64,000 nucleotides of DNA from an uncultured Acidobacteriota bacterium. GTDB taxonomy: Bacteria > Acidobacteriota > Thermoanaerobaculia > Multivoradales > SZUA-115. Positions 54,381 through 64,000 of this stretch are shown in pieces (position 1 is the stretch's first letter; every line of letters starts with the position of its first letter). The translations under genes and the position numbers were made by a program. The notes below the pieces were generated by a model. That model was not told the DNA's origin, searched no databases, and saw nothing but the letters and a program-made list of their open reading frames with translations. The DNA is taken from assembly GCA_963805975.1 (NCBI GenBank), contig CAWDVR010000002.1, positions 672,001 through 736,000 of the forward strand, given 5' to 3'.

Positions 54381-56939
54381 ATGTCGCCGAGATCGCCGGG
54401 CGGTCCTGGGAGCGCGCGCCTCCTCTACCTCGGCGCCGCCGGTTTCTTGCTGCTCGCCGCCTTCACTGCCGTCGCGGTCCGGCGCGAGTGGGCGCGGCAG
54501 GCAGGCCAGAGCCGGGCGGAGGCCATCTTCCAGCTCGTGCAGGGCACGGCGCCCACGCGCCCCACCGACTCGCCCGGCGCCGCGGCCTGGCTGCTCCACG
54601 AGCTGGCTCGCTACGGCCGGCTGCTCGAGGACCGCGGCCGCTCCCGCCTGTTCGGGGACGTCGTCGACTGGCGTGACACCACCTCGGTGCCGCCCCTCTT
54701 CGCGCCGTTGCGAGAGCTGCTCGCGACGCCGGTACGCGAGGCGCCCGCGCCGCTCTCCAGTGTGGCACCGGCGGACCTCGGCGAGCCGCCGGAGGCGAGC
54801 GCCTCGACGGTCTTCACGCTGCGGCGCCAGCTCTACCTCGAGCCGGAGGGGGCCGCCGAGCCAGCGAGCGCCCACGATCTCGTCTTCGTCGTCACGCGGC
54901 GGCGCGGGCTCGATACGGGCGAGGGCGACCCCGAGCCCTCGTCCAACCCCTTCCTCGCCGCCGCCGTGCCCCACCTCGCCTCGCTCGCCGGCCGGCTGCG
55001 CGAGCTGCTGGCGAAGGAGCCGCTGCCCGCCGTGCCAGAGGACCGGCCGCCGGTCCTGGTGCGGCTCTACGCGCTGTCCGAGGACGGCACCCTCGTCACC
55101 CTGCCGCTGCCGCTGGTGACGGACGGCGCCGCGCGGCGCCGCGCAATCCTCGCCGAGGGCCGCGAGCTGCGGAAGCTGCCGCAGCAGCCGAGCTTCGTGT
55201 CCAACGAGTTCTTCTTCCGCTTCGACTTTCGCCAGCCGGCAGGCGCCGGGAGGGGCGAGCAGAGCTTCTTCTCCGGCCCATACCTCGACCTAGGTGGCCA
55301 GGGCCTGGTGGCGACGCTCACCGTGCCGAAGAGCGAGACGCCGGGCGGCGTCCACTGGCTGGCCGGGGTCGACCTGAAGCTCGAGATCGACTGGTCGGCC
55401 TTCGCCCGCCGCATCGAGCTGCCGCTGGTCGCCGCGGCAGTCGAGGTCGAGACGCCGCTCGAAGCCCATCGCCCCTGGGGTCAGATCCACGACGCGCTCG
55501 CATCCGCCGGCGCTCCGGCCCTGGCCGCCGCCGTCGCGGTGCTCGCCGAGCGCGAGCCGCACGCCGATCTCGCGCCCGGGCAGCCCTACGTGCTGCACGG
55601 CGTGGCCGAGGGAGAGGGCGCGCTGGCGGCGTTCCAGGTCGCGGCCACCACGTGGCTGGTGGTGCTGTTCCCGCGCACCGGCTCCCACCTGCCGGTGGCA
55701 CCCCTGCTGCTCTCGGCGGCGAGCCTGGCGCTGCTCTTCGCCGGCTTCGAGCGCAACCGCCGGCGGGCCGAGCGGGCGCAGGCCAAGGCCGAGGGCGAGC
55801 TGGCCGAGAAGCAGAACCTGCTCAACACCATGCAGGTGCCGCTGATCGTGGTCGATCCCAACACCGACGTGGTGGTCTCCGCCAACCGCGCGGCGGAGAG
55901 CCTGGGCGTCGCGCCCGGCTCGCGCGTCGCCGACCTGGTGGAGGCCGAGCCGCGGGCCCGCGACCACTACCGGCGCATGCAGGTGGCGGGCGAGGCGGGA
56001 CGCCGCGCCTATGGCCTGCCGGTCTCCGTGCGCGGCGAGGCGGGGGCTTTCGAGCGCCGCTACGCCGTGGTGCGCTCGGTGGCGGTGACGGCGCCGATCG
56101 AGGCCCTGGGCGCCGACGAGCGCCACCGCCTCGGCATCCTCTTCCTGCTCGATCCGGAGGCGGACCTGGCGCTCCTCACCGAGGAGCTGGCGGCCACCAC
56201 CCGCCGCGACGAGCGCCGGCGGCTGGCCGGCCTCCTCACCCACGGCGTCGACACCCTGGTGCGCCTCCTCGCCCACGGCCTGGCCCGGGAGGATGGACGC
56301 GGCGCCGAGGGCCGCACCGGCGCACTCCACGCCTGGCTGGCCGGCTACGTGGACCAACGCCTCGCCGCCACCTGCTGGCTGCTCGACCACTGGGACGCGG
56401 AGCCGCCGCTCGCCGCCGAGTGCTCGGTCGAGGCGGCGCAGGCGCGGTCCACGCTCGAGCGCTTGACGAGCGTCTTCGCCGCCGCGGCCGCCGACCCCGA
56501 GCTGCGCTCGCGCCTGCACTGGGACAACGGCACGCTGTCCGGCCGGGCAGGCGCCGATGGGGGCTTGCTCGATCTCGAGCTCGACTGGCCGGAGGATTTC
56601 TGGCTCGCGAGCCCGGTGCGCGGCGGCTTCGGCTTCTTCCTCTCGGAGGTGCTGGTCAACGCCGTGCAGCACGGCCGGCCGGGCTCGACGCCACGGCTCT
56701 CGATCACTCTCGACCGCGTGCGCCGGGAGCTGGTCTTCGAGGCCGTCAACGAGGTGAGCGCGGCCCGGCCGCCGGCGCTCGCCGGCCCGGACGAGGGCTA
56801 CTCCGGCCGCCGGCTGCTCACCCGGCTGGCCCATCTCTTCGGTTGGAGGGGTCTTGCGTTCGTCGCGGAGGGCGGCGCGTTCCGCGTCTCGTGGCGCGCT
56901 CCCGCGGGAGAGCGCGGGGAGCCCGGGGAAGCAGACTGA
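54381..56939 (+). CDS. Atypical membrane sensor kinase (Cache-like periplasmic domain, PAS, degenerate DHp/HATPase)
   Basis: 2 TMs; SGPYLDLGGQGLVATLTVP..GVD; LLNTMQVPLIVVD...ANRAA; ERRRLAGLLTHG; SEVLVNAVQHG. Confidence 0.7.
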   Translation: MSPRSPGGPGSARLLYLGAAGFLLLAAFTAVAVRREWARQAGQSRAEAIFQLVQGTAPTRPTDSPGAAAWLLHELARYGRLLEDRGRSRLFGDVVDWRDTTSVPPLFAPLRELLATPVREAPAPLSSVAPADLGEPPEASASTVFTLRRQLYLEPEGAAEPASAHDLVFVVTRRRGLDTGEGDPEPSSNPFLAAAVPHLASLAGRLRELLAKEPLPAVPEDRPPVLVRLYALSEDGTLVTLPLPLVTDGAARRRAILAEGRELRKLPQQPSFVSNEFFFRFDFRQPAGAGRGEQSFFSGPYLDLGGQGLVATLTVPKSETPGGVHWLAGVDLKLEIDWSAFARRIELPLVAAAVEVETPLEAHRPWGQIHDALASAGAPALAAAVAVLAEREPHADLAPGQPYVLHGVAEGEGALAAFQVAATTWLVVLFPRTGSHLPVAPLLLSAASLALLFAGFERNRRRAERAQAKAEGELAEKQNLLNTMQVPLIVVDPNTDVVVSANRAAESLGVAPGSRVADLVEAEPRARDHYRRMQVAGEAGRRAYGLPVSVRGEAGAFERRYAVVRSVAVTAPIEALGADERHRLGILFLLDPEADLALLTEELAATTRRDERRRLAGLLTHGVDTLVRLLAHGLAREDGRGAEGRTGALHAWLAGYVDQRLAATCWLLDHWDAEPPLAAECSVEAAQARSTLERLTSVFAAAAADPELRSRLHWDNGTLSGRAGADGGLLDLELDWPEDFWLASPVRGGFGFFLSEVLVNAVQHGRPGSTPRLSITLDRVRRELVFEAVNEVSAARPPALAGPDEGYSGRRLLTRLAHLFGWRGLAFVAEGGAFRVSWRAPAGERGEPGEAD

Positions 56940-56984
56940 GCCGGCAAGCGGCGACCCGGCCGGGCCGCCGCTCCAGATCTTCAA

Positions 56985-57950
56985 CTAGGGAGCCGGGCCG
57001 ATCGGCTCGTCGACCGACGCGCATAGCACCTGGGCGCCGCCGATGCTGCCGGGCTGGACGCACACCCACTTGCAGTGGCGGTGGTCGTCGTCGCAGCCAT
57101 CGTCCGTCTCGTTCGGGTCCCAGTCGTCCTCGCTCGGGTTGCAATGGCAGGACTGGTAGGGGCAGAGCCCCGGCGGGCAGGAGGGCACCGCGCCCGCGCC
57201 GGCCGCGAGGGTCCAGGAGTTGCTGCCCCGCGAGCCGCCGCGGAGGGCGACCGGCGCCACGCCGGCGAGGAAGTTCGAGGGCTGCGGCAGCAGGGCGTTG
57301 GCCGTGCCGTCGCCATCGGTGTCCACTTTCACGGCCACGTGCTCGCCCGGGTCCTGCCACGCCCACACCGCGTGGTTGTCGGGGCCGAGGCGGACCTTCC
57401 GGTAGAGCTCCACGCGCGGGTTCGGGTTGCCGATCGCGGGCTCGAAGGCCACGCGCACGTTGAGCGCCAGGGGCGCCGCGTAGGTGCCGCCAAACTCCGA
57501 GGTCTTGGCGATCTTCATCCAGGTGGTCGGCTGCTCGCCGGCGAGCGCGACCTTGACGTCGTAGCTGCCGCAGGAGGTCGAGATCGGCTCAGCCGTCTCG
57601 AGCGCCAGGGCCAGGAGCTTGATCGGCGTCAGGCCGACGCCGTTCTCGTCGAGCACCACGTCCTCCAGGCGATGCACCACGGTGTCGATGCGGCCCAGGC
57701 TGCCCGCCGGCTCGGTCACCAGGCGGCCGCCCTGCAGCTTGATTTTGCTGGTGAAGGGCTGCGAGCCGGGGCAGAAGAAGCCGGCCGGCACCGGGTCCTT
57801 GTCGAAGGAAGTGAACGTCAACCCATCGCCCGCGGTCAGCCAGAAGTCGGTTCCACTCTGCACCACGTCTTTCGCCGCCACGGGCAGAGCCATGGCAGCC
57901 AGGATCGCGATGCCCGCCAGGAAGCAGGTACAGCTCTTCGAAAGCGTCAT
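56985..57950 (-). CDS. Secreted protein with Cys-rich C-terminal domain
   Basis: AGGAG RBS, signal peptide; CPPGLCPYQSCHC...C....CKWVC. Confidence 0.7.
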   Translation of the reverse strand: MTLSKSCTCFLAGIAILAAMALPVAAKDVVQSGTDFWLTAGDGLTFTSFDKDPVPAGFFCPGSQPFTSKIKLQGGRLVTEPAGSLGRIDTVVHRLEDVVLDENGVGLTPIKLLALALETAEPISTSCGSYDVKVALAGEQPTTWMKIAKTSEFGGTYAAPLALNVRVAFEPAIGNPNPRVELYRKVRLGPDNHAVWAWQDPGEHVAVKVDTDGDGTANALLPQPSNFLAGVAPVALRGGSRGSNSWTLAAGAGAVPSCPPGLCPYQSCHCNPSEDDWDPNETDDGCDDDHRHCKWVCVQPGSIGGAQVLCASVDEPIGPAP

Positions 57951-58147
57951 CTCACTCCTCCTTGGGAGGCCTGCCGGAGAGAGGCGAGGCTAGCGCCACA
58001 GGCGGGCACCCGCCCTTCCGGCAGCCGGTTTGTGTCTTGAAGGACCGTCGAGTCCTCTAGGAGTGGGGTGCTCGCCGGAGGCGGTTCGTGACGGCGAGGC
58101 TCGCCGCAGGTGTCGACAGGCCGCGAGATGGATCGGCGATACCCAGC

Positions 58148-58172
58148 CGATAGCACGGGGTCCGTGCTATCG
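58148..58172. promoter_or_regulatory. higBA operator CGATAGCACGG-N3-CCGTGCTATCG
   Basis: Perfect 11-bp inverted repeat 7 nt upstream of higB start. Confidence 0.7.
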
Positions 58173-58179
58173 TGTCAAC

Positions 58180-58473
58180 GTGATCCGGACCTTCAAGGAT
58201 GCCGGGACCGAGGACATCTTCAACGGCCGCAACACACGGGTCGCACGACAGACCTGCCCCGCCGGCATCTGGCGGATCGCCACCCGTAAGCTCGATCAGC
58301 TCGACTCTGTCACCCGCCTCGAGGAGTTGCGGATTCCACCAGCCAACCGCCTGGAAGAGCTGAAAGGCGACCGCCGGGGACAACACAGCATCCGGATCAA
58401 TGACCAGTATCGGATCTGTTTCGTGTGGACGTCGGAGGGACCCTTCGACGCAGAGATCGTGGACTACCATTGA
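58180..58473 (+). CDS. higB: HigB toxin (RelE/ParE fold)
   Basis: IRTF..., PPANRLEELKGDR.GQHSIRINDQYRICF.W, VDYH. Confidence 0.93.
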   Translation: MIRTFKDAGTEDIFNGRNTRVARQTCPAGIWRIATRKLDQLDSVTRLEELRIPPANRLEELKGDRRGQHSIRINDQYRICFVWTSEGPFDAEIVDYH

Positions 58474-58489
58474 GCAGGGGAAAACAGCC

Positions 58490-58807
58490 ATGATTCGAGT
58501 ACCCACCCACCGGCCACCAACCCATCCCGGAGAAATGCTCCTCGAGGAGTTCTTGAAGCCCATGGGGCTCACGCAGCGCGACTTGGCTTCCGGCATCCGC
58601 GTGCCGTACCAGAGAGTCAACGATCTGGTGAACGGGCGCCGGGGAGTGACTCCCAGCACTGCCCTCCGCCTCGCCCGGTATTTCGGAACGTCCCCTGATC
58701 TCTGGATGAACCTGCAACTGCGCTGGGACCTCTACCACGCCCAGCAGTCCGAGGACGCCGCGCTGCGGCAGATTCGACAGGTGAAGCCACCGGTCCGGGC
58801 GGCGTGA
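58490..58807 (+). CDS. higA: HigA antitoxin
   Basis: PTHPGEMLLEEFL.P, TALRLARYFGTS..LWMNLQ. Confidence 0.93.
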   Translation: MIRVPTHRPPTHPGEMLLEEFLKPMGLTQRDLASGIRVPYQRVNDLVNGRRGVTPSTALRLARYFGTSPDLWMNLQLRWDLYHAQQSEDAALRQIRQVKPPVRAA

Positions 58808-58959
58808 GAAACGTCATCCGTGGCCTGCTCGAAGGGTGCTGGCGGCGCTAAACACGCTAGCGGCTGATGCCGACCGACGAAACCGGCGTACCGCCGCGCC
58901 CGTAGAGCAGGGCACTGCCACCTCGAACGGCGAGGCTGGACCAATCTGCGGAGAATGTG

Positions 58960-59138
58960 ATGCGGAACGGCGTGGGATCTGGTTCTCGTCTCCTGTGCTG
59001 GCTGGTCCTCGCCCTACTTCCCTGGACCCTCGCCTCCGCCCAGCCCCTGGAGGAGCCGACATCCGAGCCTTCGCCGACGTGCGGCACACCCTCCGCGGCG
59101 GCCGGCTGATCTACTCCGCTCCCCCGGCAACGCCCTGA
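58960..59138 (+). pseudogene. Deletion remnant of a secreted amidohydrolase-like gene
   Basis: Signal peptide MRNG..LLCWLVLALLPWTLASAQP joined out of frame to ADIRAFADVRHTLRGGRLIY*. Confidence 0.5.
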
Positions 59139-59311
59139 CCTCCACTCTCAGAGAGCGCCGGTCGAGCAATTTGTGCCGCGGTCGTTGCAGGGGCTTCCGT
59201 GAAAAGTAGGCCCGACCTGCATTCCTCGGGCGACGCAGGTCTGGCTGGCAGCTTGCAGCCTCGAGCCGAGCGGGCCGAGCGAATCGGCACTCCGCGAGAC
59301 CAGGAGGCACG

Positions 59312-59647
59312 ATGGCTGAAAAGGCTCCGAAGTCCCTGCAAGGCAAGACAGTCCGCTGGACCTTCGACGAGGGCCCCACCCAGGGAACGACCTACGAGCA
59401 CCGGTTTGGCGACGATGGAACGGTGGTGTGGAGCGTGGTGAAAGGGGAGGGGGAGGGCAAGTCGGGACCCGAAACGAAGTGCGCCGTCGAGAGAGTGACG
59501 CCCGACGTTCACGTCGTCTCCTACCTTTCCGAGTCGGGCTACACCCTCACCGCCGTGCTGAGCTTCGCCGACATGAGCGTTCTCTCCTTCGCTTCGAACG
59601 AGAAGCAATGGTTCCAGGCGAAAGGGAGCTTCGAGATCGTGGAGTGA
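59312..59647 (+). CDS. MoaF-like beta-barrel protein
   Basis: AGGAGG RBS; L.GKT.RW.F, YEH.F, VSY.SESGYTLT..L.F. Confidence 0.65.
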   Translation: MAEKAPKSLQGKTVRWTFDEGPTQGTTYEHRFGDDGTVVWSVVKGEGEGKSGPETKCAVERVTPDVHVVSYLSESGYTLTAVLSFADMSVLSFASNEKQWFQAKGSFEIVE

Positions 59648-59698
59648 ACGCCGCCGGCAGAGTCGTAGGGCCCTCGAGATGCCATACGATCGCCGGCC

Positions 59699-60466
59699 AT
59701 GACGGACCCGGCTTCGAACCCGCCCGGCGACCGCCGCACGCCCTCGCCCGTCTACCAGCTTTTCATGCTGGTGCTCTGCCTCTTCGCCCTGGCGGCGCTG
59801 GCAGTGCAGACCACGATCCGCATCCAGCCCGAGACGAGCGCGATCCTCGACTACGCGGACTATGTCGTCTGTCTCGTGTTCCTCGCAGACTTCCTGTGGA
59901 GCCTGCTCCGCGCGCCGAATCGCTGGCGCTATTTCGCCACCTGGGGCTGGCTCGACCTCCTCTCCTCGATCCCGGCCGTCGACATGGCACGCTGGGGCCG
60001 CGCGGCGCGCATCCTCCGCATCTTCCGCGTGCTGCGCGCGCTCAAGGCCACCAAGCTGCTGGCGACCCTGATCCTGCGCAAACGGGCCCAAAGCAGCGCC
60101 TTGGCCGCCAGCCTGGTCGCCCTGCTGCTGGTGGTCTTCTGCAGCATCGCCGTGCTGCACTTCGAGACTGACCCCGCCTCGAACATCAAGACGGCCGAGG
60201 ACGCCCTGTGGTGGGCCTGCGAAACCATCACCACCGTGGGGTACGGCGACCGCTTCCCGGTGACCTCCGAGGGCCGCTTCGTGGCGGTCGTGCTGATGGG
60301 CGCCGGGGTGGGTCTCTTCGGCATCTTCTCCGGCTTCCTGGCCGCCTGGTTCCTGGGACCGCAGGAAGCCGAGGAGGAGATCGAGACCCAGAACGAGCTC
60401 GCGGCGCTCCGCGAGGAGATCCGGGCGCTGCGCCGCGACCTGGCGGCCGATCCTCGCCGCGGCTGA
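59699..60466 (+). CDS. Voltage-gated-type potassium channel
   Basis: S4 RxxRxxR repeats; TTVGYGD filter. Confidence 0.92.
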   Translation: MTDPASNPPGDRRTPSPVYQLFMLVLCLFALAALAVQTTIRIQPETSAILDYADYVVCLVFLADFLWSLLRAPNRWRYFATWGWLDLLSSIPAVDMARWGRAARILRIFRVLRALKATKLLATLILRKRAQSSALAASLVALLLVVFCSIAVLHFETDPASNIKTAEDALWWACETITTVGYGDRFPVTSEGRFVAVVLMGAGVGLFGIFSGFLAAWFLGPQEAEEEIETQNELAALREEIRALRRDLAADPRRG

Positions 60467-60492
60467 GCGGCCAACCACAAGGAGAGAGGCGG

Positions 60493-61821
60493 ATGGGTGC
60501 GGTCGACGTGGCGGTGGTGGGGGCCGGGGCGGCCGGGCTGACGGCGGCCGGGGAGCTGGTCCGGCTTGGGTACGAGGTGGCCGTTCTCGAGGCGCGCGAC
60601 CGCGTTGGCGGGCGCATCCTCACCCACCGCGATGCGCGGGTGCCGGTGCCCATCGAGCTGGGAGCCGAGTTCATCCACGGCGAGGCGGCCGAGACCCGGC
60701 GCCTGCTCGCGGCGGCGAGCCTGGTGGCGTGCGACGTCGCGGGCGATCACTGGGCCGCCACCGGCGGCAAGCTGCGCCGCGTCGACTTCTGGAAGGGCAT
60801 CGACCGCGTGCTGGGGCACATCGACCCCCAGGCCCAGGACGAGAGCTGGGCGGACTTTCTCGCCCGCAAGCCCGGCGGCCGCTCGCTCGCCCGCGATCGA
60901 GCAGATGCGCGCGAGTTCGTGGAGAGCTTTCACGCCGCCGACCTCGCCGAGATCAGCACGCTTTCCCTCGCGCCGCAGGAGGGTGAGGCAGCGAGCGACT
61001 CCGCGGCACGCATCGGCCGGGTGGTCGGCGGCTACGACCAAGTTCCGGGTTGGCTGGCGCGGGACCTGGGCAGCGCGCTGCGCCTCTCGACGCGGGTGAC
61101 GGAGATCGCCTGGAGAAAGGGGCTCGTGGAGCTCACGTTACGGCACGGCTCGGGTGGCACCTCTCGCGTTCGGGCGCGCGCCGCCGTGGTCACGGTGCCG
61201 ATCGGGGTGCTCCAGGCACCATCGGGCTCGACCGGAGGGCTCCGCCTCGACCCCGATCCGCCCCGCATCCGGCGGGCCCTGGGCCGGCTCACCATGGGCT
61301 CGGTCGAACGCCTGGTGCTCTGGTTCCAGGACGATCCATGGAAAAAGCTGTCGGCCTCCCCGGAGGAGCGGGACCTCGAACGGATGAGCTTCCTCCACAC
61401 CCTCGGTGGCCCGTACCAGGTGTGGTGGACGGCCTACCCCACTCGCTTTCCGCTCACCGTCGCCTGGAGCGGCGGCCTGCGGGCCGTGGGCCTGGCGAGG
61501 AAACCACCTCGGGAGCTCGAGGCCATCGCCCTCGGTTGCCTGGCGGAGCGCCTGGGTACCTCCCGGCGCCGCCTCGCCTCCAAGGTGGAGGCGATCTGGA
61601 CCCACGACTGGGACGACGATCCCTACGCCCGCGGCGCCTACAGCTACGCCCGCGTGGGTGGAGCGGAAGCGGCGCGCGAGCTCGCCCGGCCGGTGGCGGC
61701 GACACTCTTCTTTGCCGGCGAAGCGAGCGACGTCCAGGGCCAGACCGGGACGGTCGAGGGTGCGATCGCGAGCGGGCGGCGGGCGGCCCGCCAGGCGGCG
61801 CGGGCGCTCGGTCGCAAGTGA
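60493..61821 (+). CDS. Flavin monoamine oxidase family protein
   Basis: [38 protein letters not shown]. Confidence 0.9.
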   Translation: MGAVDVAVVGAGAAGLTAAGELVRLGYEVAVLEARDRVGGRILTHRDARVPVPIELGAEFIHGEAAETRRLLAAASLVACDVAGDHWAATGGKLRRVDFWKGIDRVLGHIDPQAQDESWADFLARKPGGRSLARDRADAREFVESFHAADLAEISTLSLAPQEGEAASDSAARIGRVVGGYDQVPGWLARDLGSALRLSTRVTEIAWRKGLVELTLRHGSGGTSRVRARAAVVTVPIGVLQAPSGSTGGLRLDPDPPRIRRALGRLTMGSVERLVLWFQDDPWKKLSASPEERDLERMSFLHTLGGPYQVWWTAYPTRFPLTVAWSGGLRAVGLARKPPRELEAIALGCLAERLGTSRRRLASKVEAIWTHDWDDDPYARGAYSYARVGGAEAARELARPVAATLFFAGEASDVQGQTGTVEGAIASGRRAARQAARALGRK

Positions 61822-61833
61822 CCCTCGGTGCGG

Positions 61834-61930
61834 GTTCGGATGTCGATCCGGTCAGCCTTGGCCGGAGCGCAGCGTGACCCGCAGGGGGCGTCGAGCACCG
61901 GACCAAGGCTGACCGGATCGACATCCGAAC
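61834..61930. repeat. Perfect 28-bp inverted repeat (REP/MITE-like)
   Basis: GTTCGGATGTCGATCCGGTCAGCCTTGG (61834-61861) and its exact reverse complement (61903-61930). Confidence 0.85.
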
Positions 61931-62023
61931 GCCTTCCTCGTGGGCGGAGCGCTTGTCGCTTCTCCCCCGCTCTGGTAGAACGGCGTCTCGTCGACGACTC
62001 GCTCCTACCTCCCGGAGGCTGTG

Positions 62024-62572
62024 ATGGGCTCGAAGAATCGATTCTCCGCTCTCGGCATGCTGGCGGCGATGGCGGCGCTGGTGCTGCCCTCCTGCAACGC
62101 TGCCGCCGCCGACCCGCCGGTCGTGGGCAGCCCGGCGCCCGACTTCAACCTGCCGACCCAGGAGGGCAAGACGGCCGCCCTCAAAGACTTCCGCGGCAAA
62201 TGGGTGGTGCTCTATTTCTACCCCAAGGACGCCACCCCCGGCTGCACCGTCGAGGCTCGCAACTTCCAGCGCGACCTCGCCAAGTACGAGCAGGTCAACG
62301 CCGTGGTGCTCGGGGTCAGCGTCGACAGTGCCGACTCCCACAAGGAGTTCTGCGCCAAGGAGGGCATCTCCTTCAAGCTGCTCTCCGACTCGGAGGCCCA
62401 GGCCTCGTCCGCCTACGGCTCGCTCAGCAGCTACGCGGGCATGAAGCTCTCCGCGCGCAACACCTTCCTGATCGACCCCGAGGGCAAGGTCGCGAGAGTC
62501 TTCCTCAAAGTCCAGCCGCGCGAGCACAGCGACGAGGTGCTGGCGGCGCTCGCCGAGCTGCAGAAGGGGTAG
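62024..62572 (+). CDS. bcp: Peroxiredoxin (BCP/PrxQ), exported
   Basis: FYPKD.TPGCT.EA; N-terminal signal/lipobox-like LPSC. Confidence 0.88.
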   Translation: MGSKNRFSALGMLAAMAALVLPSCNAAAADPPVVGSPAPDFNLPTQEGKTAALKDFRGKWVVLYFYPKDATPGCTVEARNFQRDLAKYEQVNAVVLGVSVDSADSHKEFCAKEGISFKLLSDSEAQASSAYGSLSSYAGMKLSARNTFLIDPEGKVARVFLKVQPREHSDEVLAALAELQKG

Positions 62573-62576
62573 CGCG

Positions 62577-63647
62577 GTGAGCGAGGCGGAGCACGGAGCG
62601 GGGGGCGACGAGCTGCCCGCGCTCTACCATGCCGCGGTGGCCAACGACCTGCCGCGGGTGCGCCACTTGCTCGCGGAGGGCGCCGATCCCAACGACGGCG
62701 AGTCGGTCTACCACGCGGCCGAGCTCGACCATCGCGAGGTCCTGGAGATCCTGCTCGAGCACGGCGCGGACCTCTCGCGCCGGGACCCCAGGTGGGAGAA
62801 CACGCCGCTGTACTTCATCTCCGGATACCGTGAGCTTCATCCCGGCTGCGCTGCCGCCACGCGCGGCATGCAATGGCTCCTGGAGCACGGCGCCGACCCC
62901 AACGTGACGAGCTCCGCCAAGGTGGAGACGCCACTCCACGCCGTGGCCGGCCATGGGCGCAGCCCGGCGGTGGCCGAGCTGCTGCTGGCGCACGGCGCGG
63001 AGGTCGACAAACCACGCGCCGACGGCCGCACGGCCTACGCTCTGGCGGTCCGTTCGGGCAACGAGGCGATGGCCGCCTTCCTGCGCGAGCGCGGCGCGGA
63101 CCCCGGCCGCCTGCTGGCCGCTGACGAGCTCCTCGGCGCCTGCATGCGGGCGGACGAAACGGCGGCGCGGGAGGTCCTGGCCCGCCACCCGGGCCTCGTC
63201 GCCGAGCTGACGCCGGAGGAGCGGAACATGACCACCGTCGCCGCCGAGGAAGGCCGCGAGGCGAGCCTCCGCCTGATGGCCGAGCTGGGCCTCGACCTCG
63301 CCGCGGAAGGCGAGTGGGCCGGCACCCCGCTCCATCGCGCAGCCTGGCACGGCAACCCGGCGGTGGTGCGCGTGCTCCTCGGGCTGGGGGCGCCGGTCAA
63401 CGCGCGCGATCGCGAGTTCGGCAGCTCGCCCCTCGGCTGGGCGGCGCACGGCTCCACCCACTGCCGCCAGGCGGATGCAGACTACGTGGCCGTGGTCGAG
63501 CTGCTCTTCGCCGCCGGCGCGGAGCGCGAGGCCGCGGTCAATCGCTGGGGCGAGCCGCCCGAGAGCATGGCGCAGCCGGCGGTCGCGGCGGTGATCGCGG
63601 ACCGGCCCGGCCCCGAAGAGCGCCGTTCGCCCCCTACCCCATGCTGA
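62577..63647 (+). CDS. Ankyrin repeat protein
   Basis: Repeated TPLH.A..G....LL..GAD.N. Confidence 0.9.
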   Translation: MSEAEHGAGGDELPALYHAAVANDLPRVRHLLAEGADPNDGESVYHAAELDHREVLEILLEHGADLSRRDPRWENTPLYFISGYRELHPGCAAATRGMQWLLEHGADPNVTSSAKVETPLHAVAGHGRSPAVAELLLAHGAEVDKPRADGRTAYALAVRSGNEAMAAFLRERGADPGRLLAADELLGACMRADETAAREVLARHPGLVAELTPEERNMTTVAAEEGREASLRLMAELGLDLAAEGEWAGTPLHRAAWHGNPAVVRVLLGLGAPVNARDREFGSSPLGWAAHGSTHCRQADADYVAVVELLFAAGAEREAAVNRWGEPPESMAQPAVAAVIADRPGPEERRSPPTPC

Positions 63648-64000
63648 CCCGGCCGGCACCTTCCCCTCCCACACTCTCGCAGCCGGGCCGGCTGGCGCCC
63701 TTCCTGCTGGCGGACGGCAGCGGGCCGGCGCGCTGGCAGACGACGCTCGACGTCGGCTGGGATGGCGACCGCCTCGCGCTTCGCTTCGAGTGCCAGGACG
63801 ACGACGCCTGGGGCACCATGACCCGCCGCGACGACCCGCTATGGCAGGAGGAAGTCGTGGAGGTGTTCCTGGCGCCGGGTGAGGCGGACCCCAAGGAGTA
63901 CTTCGAGATCGAGGTCAGCCCCTTGGGTACACTCTTCGACGCCCGGATCTCGAACCCCACCCCACGGCGCGCGGACCTGCGGGTCGACCGCTCGTGGGAC
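63641..64000 (+). CDS. CBM9/DOMON-like protein (partial, runs off window end)
   Basis: Own translation: WDGDRL.LRFEC.D...RDDPLWQEEVVEVFL....YFEIEVSP.GTLFD. Confidence 0.8.
   Translation, partial: MLTRPAPSPPTLSQPGRLAPFLLADGSGPARWQTTLDVGWDGDRLALRFECQDDDAWGTMTRRDDPLWQEEVVEVFLAPGEADPKEYFEIEVSPLGTLFDARISNPTPRRADLRVDRSWD

Overview
High-GC bacterial chromosomal window. Gene style suggests Acidobacteriota (Thermoanaerobaculia-like), but this is inference only. Core genes: sucCD-ndk, mdh, icd, fumC, carB, trpF, dinB, cdd, hslR and folM-folB-folK. A polyphosphate locus carries ppx, sixA, ppk1, a CHAD gene and an orphan ParA. About eight toxin-antitoxin-like modules sit between the core genes, many with visible palindromic operators. 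Also present: three families of REP-like palindromes, an internally deleted IS5 derivative carrying a VOC passenger gene, an orphan low-GC SLATT gene, and an atypical dCache-PAS kinase / OmpR-like regulator pair on a bidirectional promoter. Many genes appear leaderless (TANNNT box 6-9 nt before the start). At least four frameshifts (about 2790, 24402, 30320, 38832) look like sequencing indels; one creates a false carB-LytTR fusion ORF. No rRNA, tRNA or CRISPR array was seen. The best candidates for undescribed systems are the CHAD-ParA pair (possible polyP-granule positioning) and the atypical two-component pair.
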